This document shows positions 1 to 9,167 of a stretch of DNA of 64,000 nucleotides, in pieces (the first letter of the stretch is position 1; each line of letters begins with the position of its first letter). Under the pieces are notes generated by a model. The model worked only from the letters and a program-made list of their open reading frames with translations, searched no databases and was not told where the DNA came from. Position numbers and translations under genes: made by a program. The stretch spans positions 63,164 through 127,163 of the forward strand of contig CAVPOM010000011.1 of the NCBI GenBank assembly GCA_963707025.1, read 5' to 3'. The stretch comes from an uncultured Verrucomicrobiae bacterium. GTDB lineage: Bacteria; Verrucomicrobiota; Verrucomicrobiia; Limisphaerales; Palsa-1400.

Positions 1-2
1 TC

Positions 3-743
3 CTGGTTTTTCACGATGTGACCCGCCTCAAGGAACTGGAAAGCATCCGCAAGGAATTTGTCGGCAACGTCAGCCACGAATTGCGCACCCCGCTTTCCCT
101 CATCAAGGGTTTTGCCCAGACCCTGCTCGACGGCGCCATGCACGATCCCGAACAAGCAGCCCGCTTCCTGCAGAAGATTGACAAACACTCCGACCGCCTC
201 CTCTTTCTCATCGAGGATTTGCTGGCCATCTCGCGCCTCGAATCCGGCCAGGTCGCCCTGAACGTCCAGGCGGTCAGCCTGCGCGACATGGCCCAGCGCG
301 TGGTGGACGACCTGGGCGCCCCGGCCGCCGCCCGCCAAACCGCGCTGGAAAACCGCATCCCCGCCGCCCTCTCCGTCCGGGCGGATGCCGACCGCCTCCC
401 CCAGGTTTTTTTCAACTTGACAGAAAACGCCATCAAATACGGCAAGACGGCCGGCCGCGTCATCCTGGACGCCCGCGAAGCGGAGGGGCAGAAGGTGGAG
501 GTCTCGGTGGCCGACGACGGCCCGGGCATTCCCCCCGACGCCATCGGCCGCATTTTTGAGCGGTTCTACCGGGTGGACCGCGCCCGTTCCCGCGAAAGCG
601 GCGGCACCGGCCTGGGGCTGGCCATTGTCAAACATATTGTTCAGGCCCACGGCGGCGAGGCCTGGGTCAAAAGCGATCTGGGCCGGGGCGCCTCCTTCCA
701 TTTCACCATCCCGCGAGCCGCCGCCCCCGCCGCCAAGCCGTGA
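3..743 (+). CDS. Sensor histidine kinase, PhoR-like (5'-partial; HisKA + HATPase_c)
   Basis: H-box 'FVGNVSHELRTPL', N-box 'NLTENAIKY', G1 'DDGPGI', F-box 'IFERFYRVD', G2 'GGTGLGLAIVKH'. Frame is open to the window start. Confidence 0.9.
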   Translation: MVFHDVTRLKELESIRKEFVGNVSHELRTPLSLIKGFAQTLLDGAMHDPEQAARFLQKIDKHSDRLLFLIEDLLAISRLESGQVALNVQAVSLRDMAQRVVDDLGAPAAARQTALENRIPAALSVRADADRLPQVFFNLTENAIKYGKTAGRVILDAREAEGQKVEVSVADDGPGIPPDAIGRIFERFYRVDRARSRESGGTGLGLAIVKHIVQAHGGEAWVKSDLGRGASFHFTIPRAAAPAAKP

Positions 744-788
744 TCCGCCTGGAGCGGCGCTCTGTGACCGCCGCCCATCACGCTTCCC

Positions 789-1479
789 TCAATCGGTGGT
801 GATCTCCATCATGGCCTTTTCCAAATCGAGGCACAACTGGGCGCGGGCCTCCGCCGTGGCGTCGCGCGGCACCGCGAAGGGCTGGCCGAAACGCAGGACG
901 CAGCGGGCAAAGGGCAGCGGGATTTGGAACTTGTCCCAGCTTCGAAATGGTGATTTTGCGACGCGCGTAATTGGACACCGGGATAATCGGACGGCCGGTC
1001 ACCTGGGCCAGGTGGATGATGCCCTCCTGCACTTTGTAGGCCGGACCGCGCGGTCCGTCCGGGGTGATGGCGATGCTGTAGTTTCTTTCCATCCAGGTGG
1101 TCGCCTCCAACAGCGCCTGCGCCCCGCGCCGGCTGGCCGAACCCCGGATCGGCACCACCCCGAATGGTTCCACCAGGCTGGCCAGAAACGACCCGTCCCG
1201 GCTGGCGCTAATCATGGCGCACAGGCAGGCGCACGGCCATTTCTCGCGCACAAAATCGCCATTCGCCGCCATGGCCAGCGCCAGCCGGTTGTGCCAGGTG
1301 CAAAAAATCACCGGCCCCGGCACAACGGGACAGAGGTCGCCGTCCTGCCAATGCAGGCGCCAGGTTTTCATCATCAGGCGCATGAAGGCCAGCACCACGG
1401 CCGCCGCCAGCTTGCGCCGCCACGTCAAGGGGCGCGGCACTACCGGCCCGCCCGCCTTCTGGTTGGTTGACACCGCCAT
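789..1479 (-). CDS. DUF374 / lysophospholipid acyltransferase family protein (one frameshift near 945)
   Basis: 'WHNRL', 'ISASRDG', 'RGSASRRG' and 'ITPDGPRGP' motifs. The C-terminus 'SWDKFQIPLPFARCVLRFG...ITTD*' continues in another frame to the stop at 789. Confidence 0.8.
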
Positions 1480-2084
1480 CACCCGCCTTTTTTCAACGCC
1501 GCCCGCACCAGTTCCTCCACCCCCGCCTCCGGCCCCAGCGCCGCCGCCGCGCCGCGGACGGCTTGCTGCGCCTCGGCCTGTTTGTAACCCAGCGCCATCA
1601 GGGCCAGCGTCGCGTCGTTGATTTTTTGCTCGCCGGCGGAAAGCGCCCGTTGCGCGCTGTCCGCCTCCAACACCCCGGCCGCGCCGATCTTGTCCTTCAA
1701 TTCCACCACGATCCGCTCCGCCGTTTTCTTGCCGACGCCGGAAATTTGCGACAGCATTTTGACATCGCCGCCCGCCACCGCGCCGCGAAAGGCGGTGACC
1801 GTGGTGCCGCTGAGAATACTGAGCGCGATTTTCGGGCCGATGCCGCTGACCGTATTGATGAGCAGCCGGAACAATCCCCGCTCCGCCGCGGTCATAAAGC
1901 CGTAGAGCACATGGGCGTCCTCCCGCACCGCCAGGTGCGTCAACAATTTGACCGGCTGGCCGGGCGCGGGCAGCTTGTCGAAGGAGGAAAGCGGAATGAG
2001 CGCCTCATAGCCAACCCCATTGACTTCCACCGTCACCTGGGTGGGCAGGGCCTCGACCAATTTGCCTTGCAGAAAAGTAATCAC
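1479..2084 (-). CDS. ruvA: Holliday junction branch migration protein RuvA
   Basis: 'MITFLQGKL...VNGVGYE', 'VREDAHVLYGF', HhH motifs 'VSGIGPKIAL' and 'ISGVGKKTAERIVVELKDK', C-terminal 'ALMALGY'. Confidence 0.97.
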   Translation of the reverse strand: MITFLQGKLVEALPTQVTVEVNGVGYEALIPLSSFDKLPAPGQPVKLLTHLAVREDAHVLYGFMTAAERGLFRLLINTVSGIGPKIALSILSGTTVTAFRGAVAGGDVKMLSQISGVGKKTAERIVVELKDKIGAAGVLEADSAQRALSAGEQKINDATLALMALGYKQAEAQQAVRGAAAALGPEAGVEELVRAALKKGG

Positions 2085-2100
2085 AGAAAAACGCCCGGCC

Positions 2101-2445
2101 TCATCCGGGCGGCCAGGCCAGCGCGCGTCCGCCCAGGAGATGGCAATGCAGGTGGGGCACCGTCTCGCCGCCGTCCCGGCCGTTGTTGATCACCAGGCGG
2201 TAGCCGTTTTGGTTGAGCCCCAATTGCCGGGCCACCTCGCCCGCCTTGAGCAGCAGGTGGCCGAGCAGCTTTTCATCCGCCGCGCCCGTCTCGGACAGGC
2301 GCGCGATGCTTTTTTTGGGAATGATCAGGACGTGGGTTGGGGCCTTGGGATTGATGTCGCGGAAGGCCAGCACCGCCTCATCTTCAAAGACGATGTCGGC
2401 CGGGATTTCGCGCGCAATGATTTTCTCGAAAATATTCATGCTCAT
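2101..2445 (-). CDS. Histidine triad (HIT) nucleotide-binding protein, HinT-like
   Basis: 'IFEKIIAREIPA', 'AFRDINPKAPTHVLIIPK', HxHxH 'HLHCHLLGGR', ends 'WPPG'. Confidence 0.95.
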   Translation of the reverse strand: MSMNIFEKIIAREIPADIVFEDEAVLAFRDINPKAPTHVLIIPKKSIARLSETGAADEKLLGHLLLKAGEVARQLGLNQNGYRLVINNGRDGGETVPHLHCHLLGGRALAWPPG

Positions 2446-2568
2446 AATCTGTTCGGGCGACGCTGACCCGACCCGGCAACAAACTGCCCCCGGTCAGGCG
2501 GCCCTGTCAACCTTGGCTGCGGCCCTGGGGGCCGGCGCGCTTCATTTTCCGGGATGAAGTTTTCCCTG

Positions 2569-2596
2569 TCTTAATCTTAATCTTAATCCTAATCTT
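2569..2596. repeat. AT-rich (TTAATC)n hexamer repeat
   Basis: TC-TTAATC-TTAATC-TTAATC-CTAATC-TT. The identical 28-mer recurs at 7589. Confidence 0.85.
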
Positions 2597-2610
2597 TCTC
2601 TGACGCCGCC

Positions 2611-3741
2611 ATGAAAAAAACCCGAAGCATTCCGAATGGCCCGGGGCACGGTTACGGTTTCCTCGTCATGCTGATGCTGGCGGGGACTACCGGTTGGCGA
2701 TGCCACGCCGGCGGGGCCGATGATTGGCGCGAAAAAATGCAGCCCATCGCCCCGCAGGGCTATCTTTGCCGCCACACCGCCCAGCCGATCTTGATGGATG
2801 GAAAACTGGACGCCGCCGCGTGGTCCGGGGCGCCGTGGACGGCTGATTTCGTGGACATTCAAGACGGCTCCAGGCCAAAACCGCGCTTCCGCACGCGCGC
2901 CAAACTGCTGTGGGACGACGATTATCTCTACATCGCCGCCCAACTGGAAGAGCCGCACGTCTGGGCCACGCTCACGCGGCACGACTCCGTTATTTTCCAA
3001 GACCCCGATTTCGAGGTGTTCATGGATCCGCGTGGCGCCACGCACGATTACTACGAATTCGAGATCAACGCGCTCAACACCAGTTGGGACCTGATGCTGG
3101 ACAAGCCTTACATGGACCAGGGCAAGCCCAACAATGCGTGGGACATTCCCGGCCTCAAAAGCGCGGTCCACGTCAACGGCACCCTCAACCATCCGGCCGA
3201 CACCGATCAGGGCTGGACCGTTGAAATCGCGTTCCCTTGGAAAGTTCTCGCCGAACACGCGCGTCATGCCGGCCCGCCCGCCGAAGGCGAGCAGTGGCGC
3301 ATCAACTTCTCCCGCGTGGAGTGGCAAATCACGACCAACGGCGGCGTTTACAAAAAGGTGCCGCGCACGCCCGAGGATAATTGGGTCTGGTCCCCGACCG
3401 GTGTGGTGGACATGCATCGTCCCGAGATGTGGGGACTGTTGCAATTCACCCGGCAGCCCGCGGGCGAAGCCATTGCGGTCGCGCCCATCCCTGGCAAACC
3501 CGCGCGCGATCTCGGCCTGGGAATTTACTACGCGCAACTGGATTTCAGGAAAGCGCACAAACGTTGGGCCACCAATCTGGTTGAACTCGCCTGGACCACG
3601 CCGGACCTTCCGCCCGGCATCGAACCCCCTGTCCTCGAGCCCACCCCGGACGGTTACGCCTGTTCGGTGGCCTGGAAAGAAGGCGGGCGCCGCCGCGTCT
3701 GGCGCATTGGCCAGGATCGGTTGCTGAAACTGGACGAGTAA
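2611..3741 (+). CDS. Secreted CBM9-like sugar-binding domain protein
   Basis: Signal-like N-terminus, 'MDGKLDAAAW', 'TRAKLLWDDDYLY', 'DPDFEVFMDP', 'YYEFEINALNTSWDL', 'WRINFSRVEW', 'MHRPEMWG'. Confidence 0.85.
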   Translation: MKKTRSIPNGPGHGYGFLVMLMLAGTTGWRCHAGGADDWREKMQPIAPQGYLCRHTAQPILMDGKLDAAAWSGAPWTADFVDIQDGSRPKPRFRTRAKLLWDDDYLYIAAQLEEPHVWATLTRHDSVIFQDPDFEVFMDPRGATHDYYEFEINALNTSWDLMLDKPYMDQGKPNNAWDIPGLKSAVHVNGTLNHPADTDQGWTVEIAFPWKVLAEHARHAGPPAEGEQWRINFSRVEWQITTNGGVYKKVPRTPEDNWVWSPTGVVDMHRPEMWGLLQFTRQPAGEAIAVAPIPGKPARDLGLGIYYAQLDFRKAHKRWATNLVELAWTTPDLPPGIEPPVLEPTPDGYACSVAWKEGGRRRVWRIGQDRLLKLDE

Positions 3742-3808
3742 TCCGTGCCCCGTGGACAGGGCGCGGGCAGAATTCTTCACGTCATTCGTCCCATTCCTCC
3801 CATGCGTG

Positions 3809-4522
3809 CTATTCTTTCCGCTCACCCTGCCGGGAGGAGACGTCTGGCCTCGCAGCCGGCACCACCCTGGCCCGGAGCAGTTTGTCCAGTTTTGGGAAAT
3901 CGCGGTCGAGCCAGGCGTTGCCTTCGGCGAAGAGGCGGGCTTGTTTGCCGGCGCGCATCCCGCCGCCCGAGGCCTCGCCGTAACCGGAATAGAGGCGGTC
4001 CACGATGTCCATCCCTTCCACCACCCTGCCAATGGGCGCGAAACCTTCCGGGTCGTTTTGTGGGTTGTCCCGGAGGTTGATGTAGAGCTGGGTGGTGCGC
4101 TGGCCCGGGCCGGTCATGGCGTAGCCGAGGGTGCCGCGCAGGTTGCTGGACTTGGGCGGATCGTCCGGCATGGTTTGATTTTGCCAAAGGGCGGCGAGCG
4201 CCGGCTGGCCGGGGATTCCAAACTGCGCGATGTAATGGGCGTCCACGCGGAAAAAACGGGAGTCGTCGAAGAAGCCGGCGCGGACCAGATGGTAGAAACG
4301 ATCCACGCCATGCGGCGCCCAGGCGCGGTTGGCTTCAATGACGAAATCGCCGATGCTGGTCTGGACGCGCACTGTGAATACTCCCGGCGCGGGCCGGCTC
4401 CAGAGCGGAGCCGCCGGGTCACGCAAGGCGGCGCTTTCCGTTGGGCTGGTCTGGCAGGCGCTCCAGAGAACGGGGCCGGCGGCCAGAAAAAGAAACCAGC
4501 GCCAATGCCGCCGGGGGATCAT
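3809..4522 (-). CDS. Cyclophilin-type peptidyl-prolyl cis-trans isomerase (probable lipoprotein)
   Basis: 'WAPHGVDRFYHLV', 'FFDDSRFFRV', 'AQFGIPG', 'RTTQLYINL', 'FAPIGRVVEGMDIVD'. The ATG overlaps the upstream stop (ATGA). Confidence 0.9.
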   Translation of the reverse strand: MIPRRHWRWFLFLAAGPVLWSACQTSPTESAALRDPAAPLWSRPAPGVFTVRVQTSIGDFVIEANRAWAPHGVDRFYHLVRAGFFDDSRFFRVDAHYIAQFGIPGQPALAALWQNQTMPDDPPKSSNLRGTLGYAMTGPGQRTTQLYINLRDNPQNDPEGFAPIGRVVEGMDIVDRLYSGYGEASGGGMRAGKQARLFAEGNAWLDRDFPKLDKLLRARVVPAARPDVSSRQGERKE

Positions 4523-5598
4523 GGGCGCTCCGAAGCCTTGAGCAGTTCGGCCAGATGATCCTTCCACAAGGCGGCCAGGGTGTGGGTGCCGTGGCCTTGC
4601 GTGCGATCACTGAGGGGCAGGACAATGGCCCGGCCGTTTTTGACCCGCTTGATTTCAGTTTCCAGAATTCTTAATTCGGGCGGATTGATCAAATCGTCGG
4701 CCGAATTGATGGCCAGCAACGGCGCCTGGATTTTTTCCAGATCGGGACCGGGAGTGTAATCACGGGACGCTTCAAAAGCGTACAAGGCATCGTTGGCGTC
4801 GAGGGTTCTCAGGTAGCTTTCCACGCCGCGATCAAAAACGCGGTCCGCCTCCGCCAGGGTGGGGGCGGATTTCTGGCGGCGCACCGGGTTGTCGCCCATG
4901 AGGAACATCATCCCGGCGACGGTGCGCAGGGCCAGCGGCTGTCTTTTGTACTCGCCGTTCTCCCAGGAGGGATCGGTGCGGACGGCGTCAATAATAATAC
5001 GCCGCCACATCCGGTTGCGGCCCGACATCGCGGCGGGGAGGCTGGCCAGCGGCATGAGGGCGTCCATGAAATCCGGGTGCATTTCCCCCCAAAGCCACGA
5101 GTGCATGCCGCCCATGGAGGTTCCGATGACCAGCCGCAGATGGTTGACTTGCAGCCCTTCGGTGAGAAGCCGGTATTGCGCCACAATCATGTCGCGGTAG
5201 CCGTAGGCCGGGAATTTGGCGCGCAGGCCGTCGCTGGGCTTGGAGGACTTGCCGTGACCGAGGTTGTCCACGATGACCAGATAATATCGCTCCGCATCCA
5301 GAAGCTGTCCCTGGCCAAAAAGTTCGCCGCCGAAGTTTTGGTTCACGAACTGGCTGCTGCTGCCGGTGGTGCCGTGGAGGATGAGCACGGCGTTGGTCAC
5401 CACCCCTTTGCCATCCTGCCGCGGCGCGCCCAAGGTGAGATAATGCATTTTGGCCTCCGGCAAGGTTTCGCCGTCATTAAAATGGAAATCTTTGATGACG
5501 TAGTCGCCGGGCGCCGGCGTGGGGAAGGTGGCGGCGGCAGCCGGGATCAAGGCGGTCAAAAGCGCAAGGAGACTATGGAAAAACTGCGGCTTCTTCAT
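4519..5598 (-). CDS. Alpha/beta hydrolase, homoserine O-acetyltransferase (MetX)-like, with signal peptide
   Basis: 'LILHGTTGS', nucleophile elbow 'GTSMGGMHSW', 'INSADDLINPP', 'GHGTHT'. Confidence 0.85.
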   Translation of the reverse strand: MKKPQFFHSLLALLTALIPAAAATFPTPAPGDYVIKDFHFNDGETLPEAKMHYLTLGAPRQDGKGVVTNAVLILHGTTGSSSQFVNQNFGGELFGQGQLLDAERYYLVIVDNLGHGKSSKPSDGLRAKFPAYGYRDMIVAQYRLLTEGLQVNHLRLVIGTSMGGMHSWLWGEMHPDFMDALMPLASLPAAMSGRNRMWRRIIIDAVRTDPSWENGEYKRQPLALRTVAGMMFLMGDNPVRRQKSAPTLAEADRVFDRGVESYLRTLDANDALYAFEASRDYTPGPDLEKIQAPLLAINSADDLINPPELRILETEIKRVKNGRAIVLPLSDRTQGHGTHTLAALWKDHLAELLKASERP

Positions 5599-5794
5599 GA
5601 GCGCGGAGGATAGCCGGCGGGAAGGGGGCTGAAAAGGAGGATTTGCAATTGCGGACTTCCGACCGCGGATGGCGCATCATGCCAGCGAAGTCCAGCGGGC
5701 CGGCTCCAGCGCGGCCTGCCGCCGATGACTGAGGCATCAGGCGCGCAAAAACTTTTCGCTTTTCAGCGCGCTCCCGGCGCGGCCATAATGAGGG

Positions 5795-6541
5795 GTGGAA
5801 GTTGTTCCCGTGATCGAGCTTGAGATTAAAGACCTCCAGCCAAGCTGGCCGCCGCCGCCGCCCGGAATGGAGCTGGCGGGTGAGGAGGTTCATGTCTGGA
5901 GCGCCGGGCTGGGGCGCGGGCAGGCCGGTTATTCTGCCGGCCTGGGGATGCTCTCCGAAGACGAACGGGCGCGCTCGGCCCAGTTCCATTTCGAGCGCGA
6001 CCGGAAACAGTTCGTGGCGCGGCGCTCCCTGCTGCGCGTCATCCTCGGCCATTACTTAAAGGTCCAGCCGTCGCAAATCATCCTGGCTTATGAAGCGCGG
6101 GGCAAACCGCGGCTCGCCGCGCCGGTCAGCGCGGCGCCGCTTCATTTCAACTTCTCCCATTCCCGCGGCCTGGCCTTGTGCGCCGTGGGCCGGTTCGGCC
6201 CGCTGGGCGTGGATGTGGAACAAATTCGGCCCATGCCGGAAATGACCGAACTTGCCGCCACGTTTTGTTCCGCGCAGGAAATTGCCCTGCTCAGCGCCGC
6301 CCCGCCGGAAAAAAAGCTGGAGGTTTTTTTCAGCATTTGGACGCGCAAGGAAGCCTGTCTCAAGGCCACCGGCGAAGGCATCGCCGGCGCGCTGGCGCAG
6401 TTGGATTGCTCGCAGCCGCCGCCGGGTTGGTCGCTGCATGCCTTGTCGCCCGCCCCCGGCTTCGTCGGCGCGCTGGCCTTCGCCGGCAGCCCAGCCAGGC
6501 TGCGGTGCTGGCAATGGGAACACCCCGCAGGTTGGGATTGA
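5795..6541 (+). CDS. 4'-phosphopantetheinyl transferase, Sfp/HetI-type
   Basis: 'LSEDERARS', 'GKPRL', 'FNFSHS', 'LGVDVE', 'WTRKEACLKATGEG'. Confidence 0.93.
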   Translation: MEVVPVIELEIKDLQPSWPPPPPGMELAGEEVHVWSAGLGRGQAGYSAGLGMLSEDERARSAQFHFERDRKQFVARRSLLRVILGHYLKVQPSQIILAYEARGKPRLAAPVSAAPLHFNFSHSRGLALCAVGRFGPLGVDVEQIRPMPEMTELAATFCSAQEIALLSAAPPEKKLEVFFSIWTRKEACLKATGEGIAGALAQLDCSQPPPGWSLHALSPAPGFVGALAFAGSPARLRCWQWEHPAGWD

Positions 6542-6572
6542 TCAAATCGCCCCGCCGGCCTATATTGCCGCC

Positions 6573-6803
6573 ATGCCGATTTACGAATTTCATTGTCAAA
6601 AGTGTGGCGCGGACAGCGAGTTGCTGATTCGTTCCAGCCGTTGGAAAGGGACGCCCTGCCCCAAGTGCGGTTCCACCAAACTGGCCAAAAAACTGTCGGT
6701 CTTCGCCTCCGGCGCCAGCGGACCATCTTCCGAGCCGGCCTCATGCAGCGGCAATCCCGGTTCGTGCGGGATGTGCGGCACGGGCCGGCCGCATTCCCAC
6801 TGA
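6573..6803 (+). CDS. FmdB-family zinc-ribbon protein
   Basis: 'MPIYEFHCQKCG...CPKCGS...KKLSVFA'. Confidence 0.9.
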   Translation: MPIYEFHCQKCGADSELLIRSSRWKGTPCPKCGSTKLAKKLSVFASGASGPSSEPASCSGNPGSCGMCGTGRPHSH

Positions 6804-6813
6804 GGCTCAGCGG

Positions 6814-7500
6814 TTAGAGATCGTCGGGCGCGATTTTGGACAAGTCTTCCACGGCCCAATCGGGGCGGTGCGCCTGAAGCTGCGGCACGGAAAAGGAGCC
6901 GGTGGCCACGGCCAGCACTTTCGCCCCAATGGCCCGGGCGCAACGAATGTCCAGCGGCGTATCGCCAACCACCAGCACCTCGCCGTCTTCGACCGGGCGG
7001 CCCAGCCGTTCGCGGCCGCGGCGGCGCGCGACGGCGGCGATCTGGTTGCGGTCTTCGTGGTCGTCGGCGAAGCCGCCGAAGGAAAACTTGTCCCACAACT
7101 GGAAGCGTTGCAGCTTGATTTGCGCGCCGCGCCGGATGTTGCCGGTGAGCAGACCGGGGAGCGGCGGCTCGGCCCGCGCCGCCAGGGCGCCATAAAATTC
7201 CGCCACGCCCGGACAGGGGCCGCCCGCGCATTGCCGCATTAATTCCTCCAGGCAAACCACGTAGGCCGCAAAAAAGCGCTCGAAATTTTTGGGTGACGGC
7301 TCGATTTGCCGGAGCGAAAAAAGCTCGCGCACCAGGGAAAAGTCGGTCCGGCCGCCGAACTTGACGAGTTCGGTCCCGTCGGCCACGCCAAACTCCGCGG
7401 CCAGAGTCAGGGCGAAGGCCTTCACCCCCGCGCCGGCGGTGTGAATGAGCGTGCCGTCCACATCGAACAAAACCAGCCGGATGGGTCGTGAGTTGGCCAT
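6814..7500 (-). CDS. HAD-superfamily hydrolase
   Basis: Motif I 'LFDVDGTLI', 'LLTGN', motif IV 'VVGDTPLDI', 'AVATG'. Confidence 0.9.
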   Translation of the reverse strand: MANSRPIRLVLFDVDGTLIHTAGAGVKAFALTLAAEFGVADGTELVKFGGRTDFSLVRELFSLRQIEPSPKNFERFFAAYVVCLEELMRQCAGGPCPGVAEFYGALAARAEPPLPGLLTGNIRRGAQIKLQRFQLWDKFSFGGFADDHEDRNQIAAVARRRGRERLGRPVEDGEVLVVGDTPLDIRCARAIGAKVLAVATGSFSVPQLQAHRPDWAVEDLSKIAPDDL

Positions 7501-7588
7501 TTGAAGTTCAAAGTTTAAGGATGGGAATCCGGGGCGCAAGAAGCAATCGCGGTGGGTGGGGTTCACTTTCCGGCTGTCGCGTTCCGGC

Positions 7589-7661
7589 TCTTAATCTTAA
7601 TCTTAATCCTAATCTTAATCTCTTTACTGCACGCGAAGGAGATTAAGATTAAGATTAGGAT
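7589..7661. repeat. Inverted (TTAATC)5 / (GATTAA)3 hexamer array, hairpin-forming
   Basis: Five TTAATC-type units at 7591-7620, a spacer, then GATTAA-GATTAA-GATTAG at 7641-7658. Confidence 0.85.
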
Positions 7662-7744
7662 CGAGACTCCAAAAGGGCGAAGGCCCCATTCGCGCTGGCC
7701 AATGGAATTTTGATCAGGTATGTATCCGGCCATCGTCCTGGTTG

Positions 7745-8293
7745 ATGAACCGCAACATCGTTTATTTTGATTTGGAAACGCAGAAGTCCGCCGAGGAAGT
7801 GGGCGGCTGGAACAACATCCGCGACATGCGGATGAGCGTGGGCGTGACCTACAGCACGGCCCCGTCGGAGTACAAAATCTACCGCGAAAGCCAGGTCAAC
7901 GCGCTGATTGAGGAATTGCGCCGGGCCGATCTGGTGGTTGGCTTCAACAATCTGCGCTTTGATTATGAAGTGCTGGCCGGCCACAACGCGCTCTTCGATG
8001 CCGGGCAAATCCAGTCGCTGGACATGCTGGTGGAACTGCAGAAGAGCTTGCCGCACCGGCTTTCCCTGGACTCCATTGCCCAGGCCACCCTGGGCGTGGA
8101 AAAAACCAGCGAAGGCATGCAAGCCATCCGCTGGTATCGCGAAGGCAAGCTGCTGGAGATCGCCGAGTATTGCTGTTACGACGTGAAAATCACCCGCCTG
8201 ATTCACGAATACGGGGCGGCCCACAAGCGCCTGCATTATACTAACAAGTACGGCAAAAAACTGAGCGTGGCTGTAAACTGGTCGGATTTTTGA
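7745..8293 (+). CDS. Stand-alone RNase H-like (DEDD, RNase_H_2/YprB-type) exonuclease domain protein
   Basis: 'VYFDLETQK', 'VVGFNNLRFDYEVL', 'LDML', 'SLDSIAQATLG', 'EYCCYDVKIT'. Confidence 0.85.
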   Translation: MNRNIVYFDLETQKSAEEVGGWNNIRDMRMSVGVTYSTAPSEYKIYRESQVNALIEELRRADLVVGFNNLRFDYEVLAGHNALFDAGQIQSLDMLVELQKSLPHRLSLDSIAQATLGVEKTSEGMQAIRWYREGKLLEIAEYCCYDVKITRLIHEYGAAHKRLHYTNKYGKKLSVAVNWSDF

Positions 8294-8431
8294 CAGGGCG
8301 GAACGGACGCTCCAGTTGGACGAGCAAGGCCGGGACTCGATAATTGCATGGGAAACCGGTGAAGCCGGCCGACGTGCGCCCCGAACAACCGTGCCAGCGG
8401 CGAAAGGAACGCCGGGCGTTCAGAGTGGAGA

Positions 8432-8866
8432 TTACGGTTTAACGGTGAGCCCGGCTTGTTTCGCCATCGCTCCCTGTCGCCCATCGAACGTTACAAATTC
8501 CCTGGCGCCCATGACGGCGGCGGCGGCGACGTGGATGAGGTCGAGCGTGCGGCAACCGAGACTGGCGGAATGACTGGCGGAAAGTTCATCGGCCTTTTGT
8601 TCAACGGTGGCGGCGGCATAGTCGGGACGCTGCCAGCGGCCCGTGGCGATGTCCTCCTCAAAAGCGGCGATAGATTGGTTCATTTCCGGCGCAGTGATTT
8701 CCTTGCGAAAGGCCTTCAAGCGAATGGCGTTCTTAACTTCCAGCGCCTGCCAATGCGTCAGCCAGTAAGGGGCAACGTAAGCGCCAACCAGCCGAATAGC
8801 CTCCGGGCTGGTCGCTTCCCTGACGTACAACTTGACGATGACGGCGGAGTCAAAATAGGCGTCCAT
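8432..8866 (-). CDS. PIN-domain VapC-family toxin
   Basis: 'AYFDSAVIVKLY', 'LEVKNAI', 'RTLDLIHVAAA', 'FVTFDGRQ'. Confidence 0.9.
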   Translation of the reverse strand: MDAYFDSAVIVKLYVREATSPEAIRLVGAYVAPYWLTHWQALEVKNAIRLKAFRKEITAPEMNQSIAAFEEDIATGRWQRPDYAAATVEQKADELSASHSASLGCRTLDLIHVAAAAVMGAREFVTFDGRQGAMAKQAGLTVKP

Positions 8867-9087
8867 CAGCGGTCCCCGCGCCCCTCCTCAATGATACTCC
8901 GGGAGTCAGGCGCGATTCTGTCTCCATAAATGCCGCGCAAGCGTTCGCCGAAGTCGGGCCAATTCGAGCGGCTCGCCCGGCCGGCAGCAGGCCTGCCATT
9001 CTTCATCCGGCGGAAAAGCTGCTCGAACCGCGTTCTTTCCCGCTGGGGAAGCGCGGCCACCTGTTTGATGAGTTCTGTGGCGCTCAT
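8866..9087 (-). CDS. Putative antitoxin of the VapC toxin
   Basis: 73-aa ORF overlapping the PIN start (TGATG). The C-terminus 'SRSIIEEGRGDR' resembles VapB tails. Confidence 0.7.
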   Translation of the reverse strand: MSATELIKQVAALPQRERTRFEQLFRRMKNGRPAAGRASRSNWPDFGERLRGIYGDRIAPDSRSIIEEGRGDR

Positions 9088-9167
9088 GGGGTGATTCTAG
9101 CTCAATTCCGCGACCCTGCCAAGTGGCTTTCTTCCCATGAGTCAACGGGGCCCAGTCCCCGCCCGCC

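Noticed and set aside
5795..6541. PPTase as a marker of an NRPS/PKS cluster
   Set aside because: No carrier-protein or synthase genes are present in the window.
8345..8400. GGGAAACCGGTGAAGCCGG...CCCCGAAC resembles a cobalamin riboswitch core
   Set aside because: The loop is shorter than canonical, there is no ACTGT or B12 box, and it lies between convergent genes with nothing downstream to regulate.
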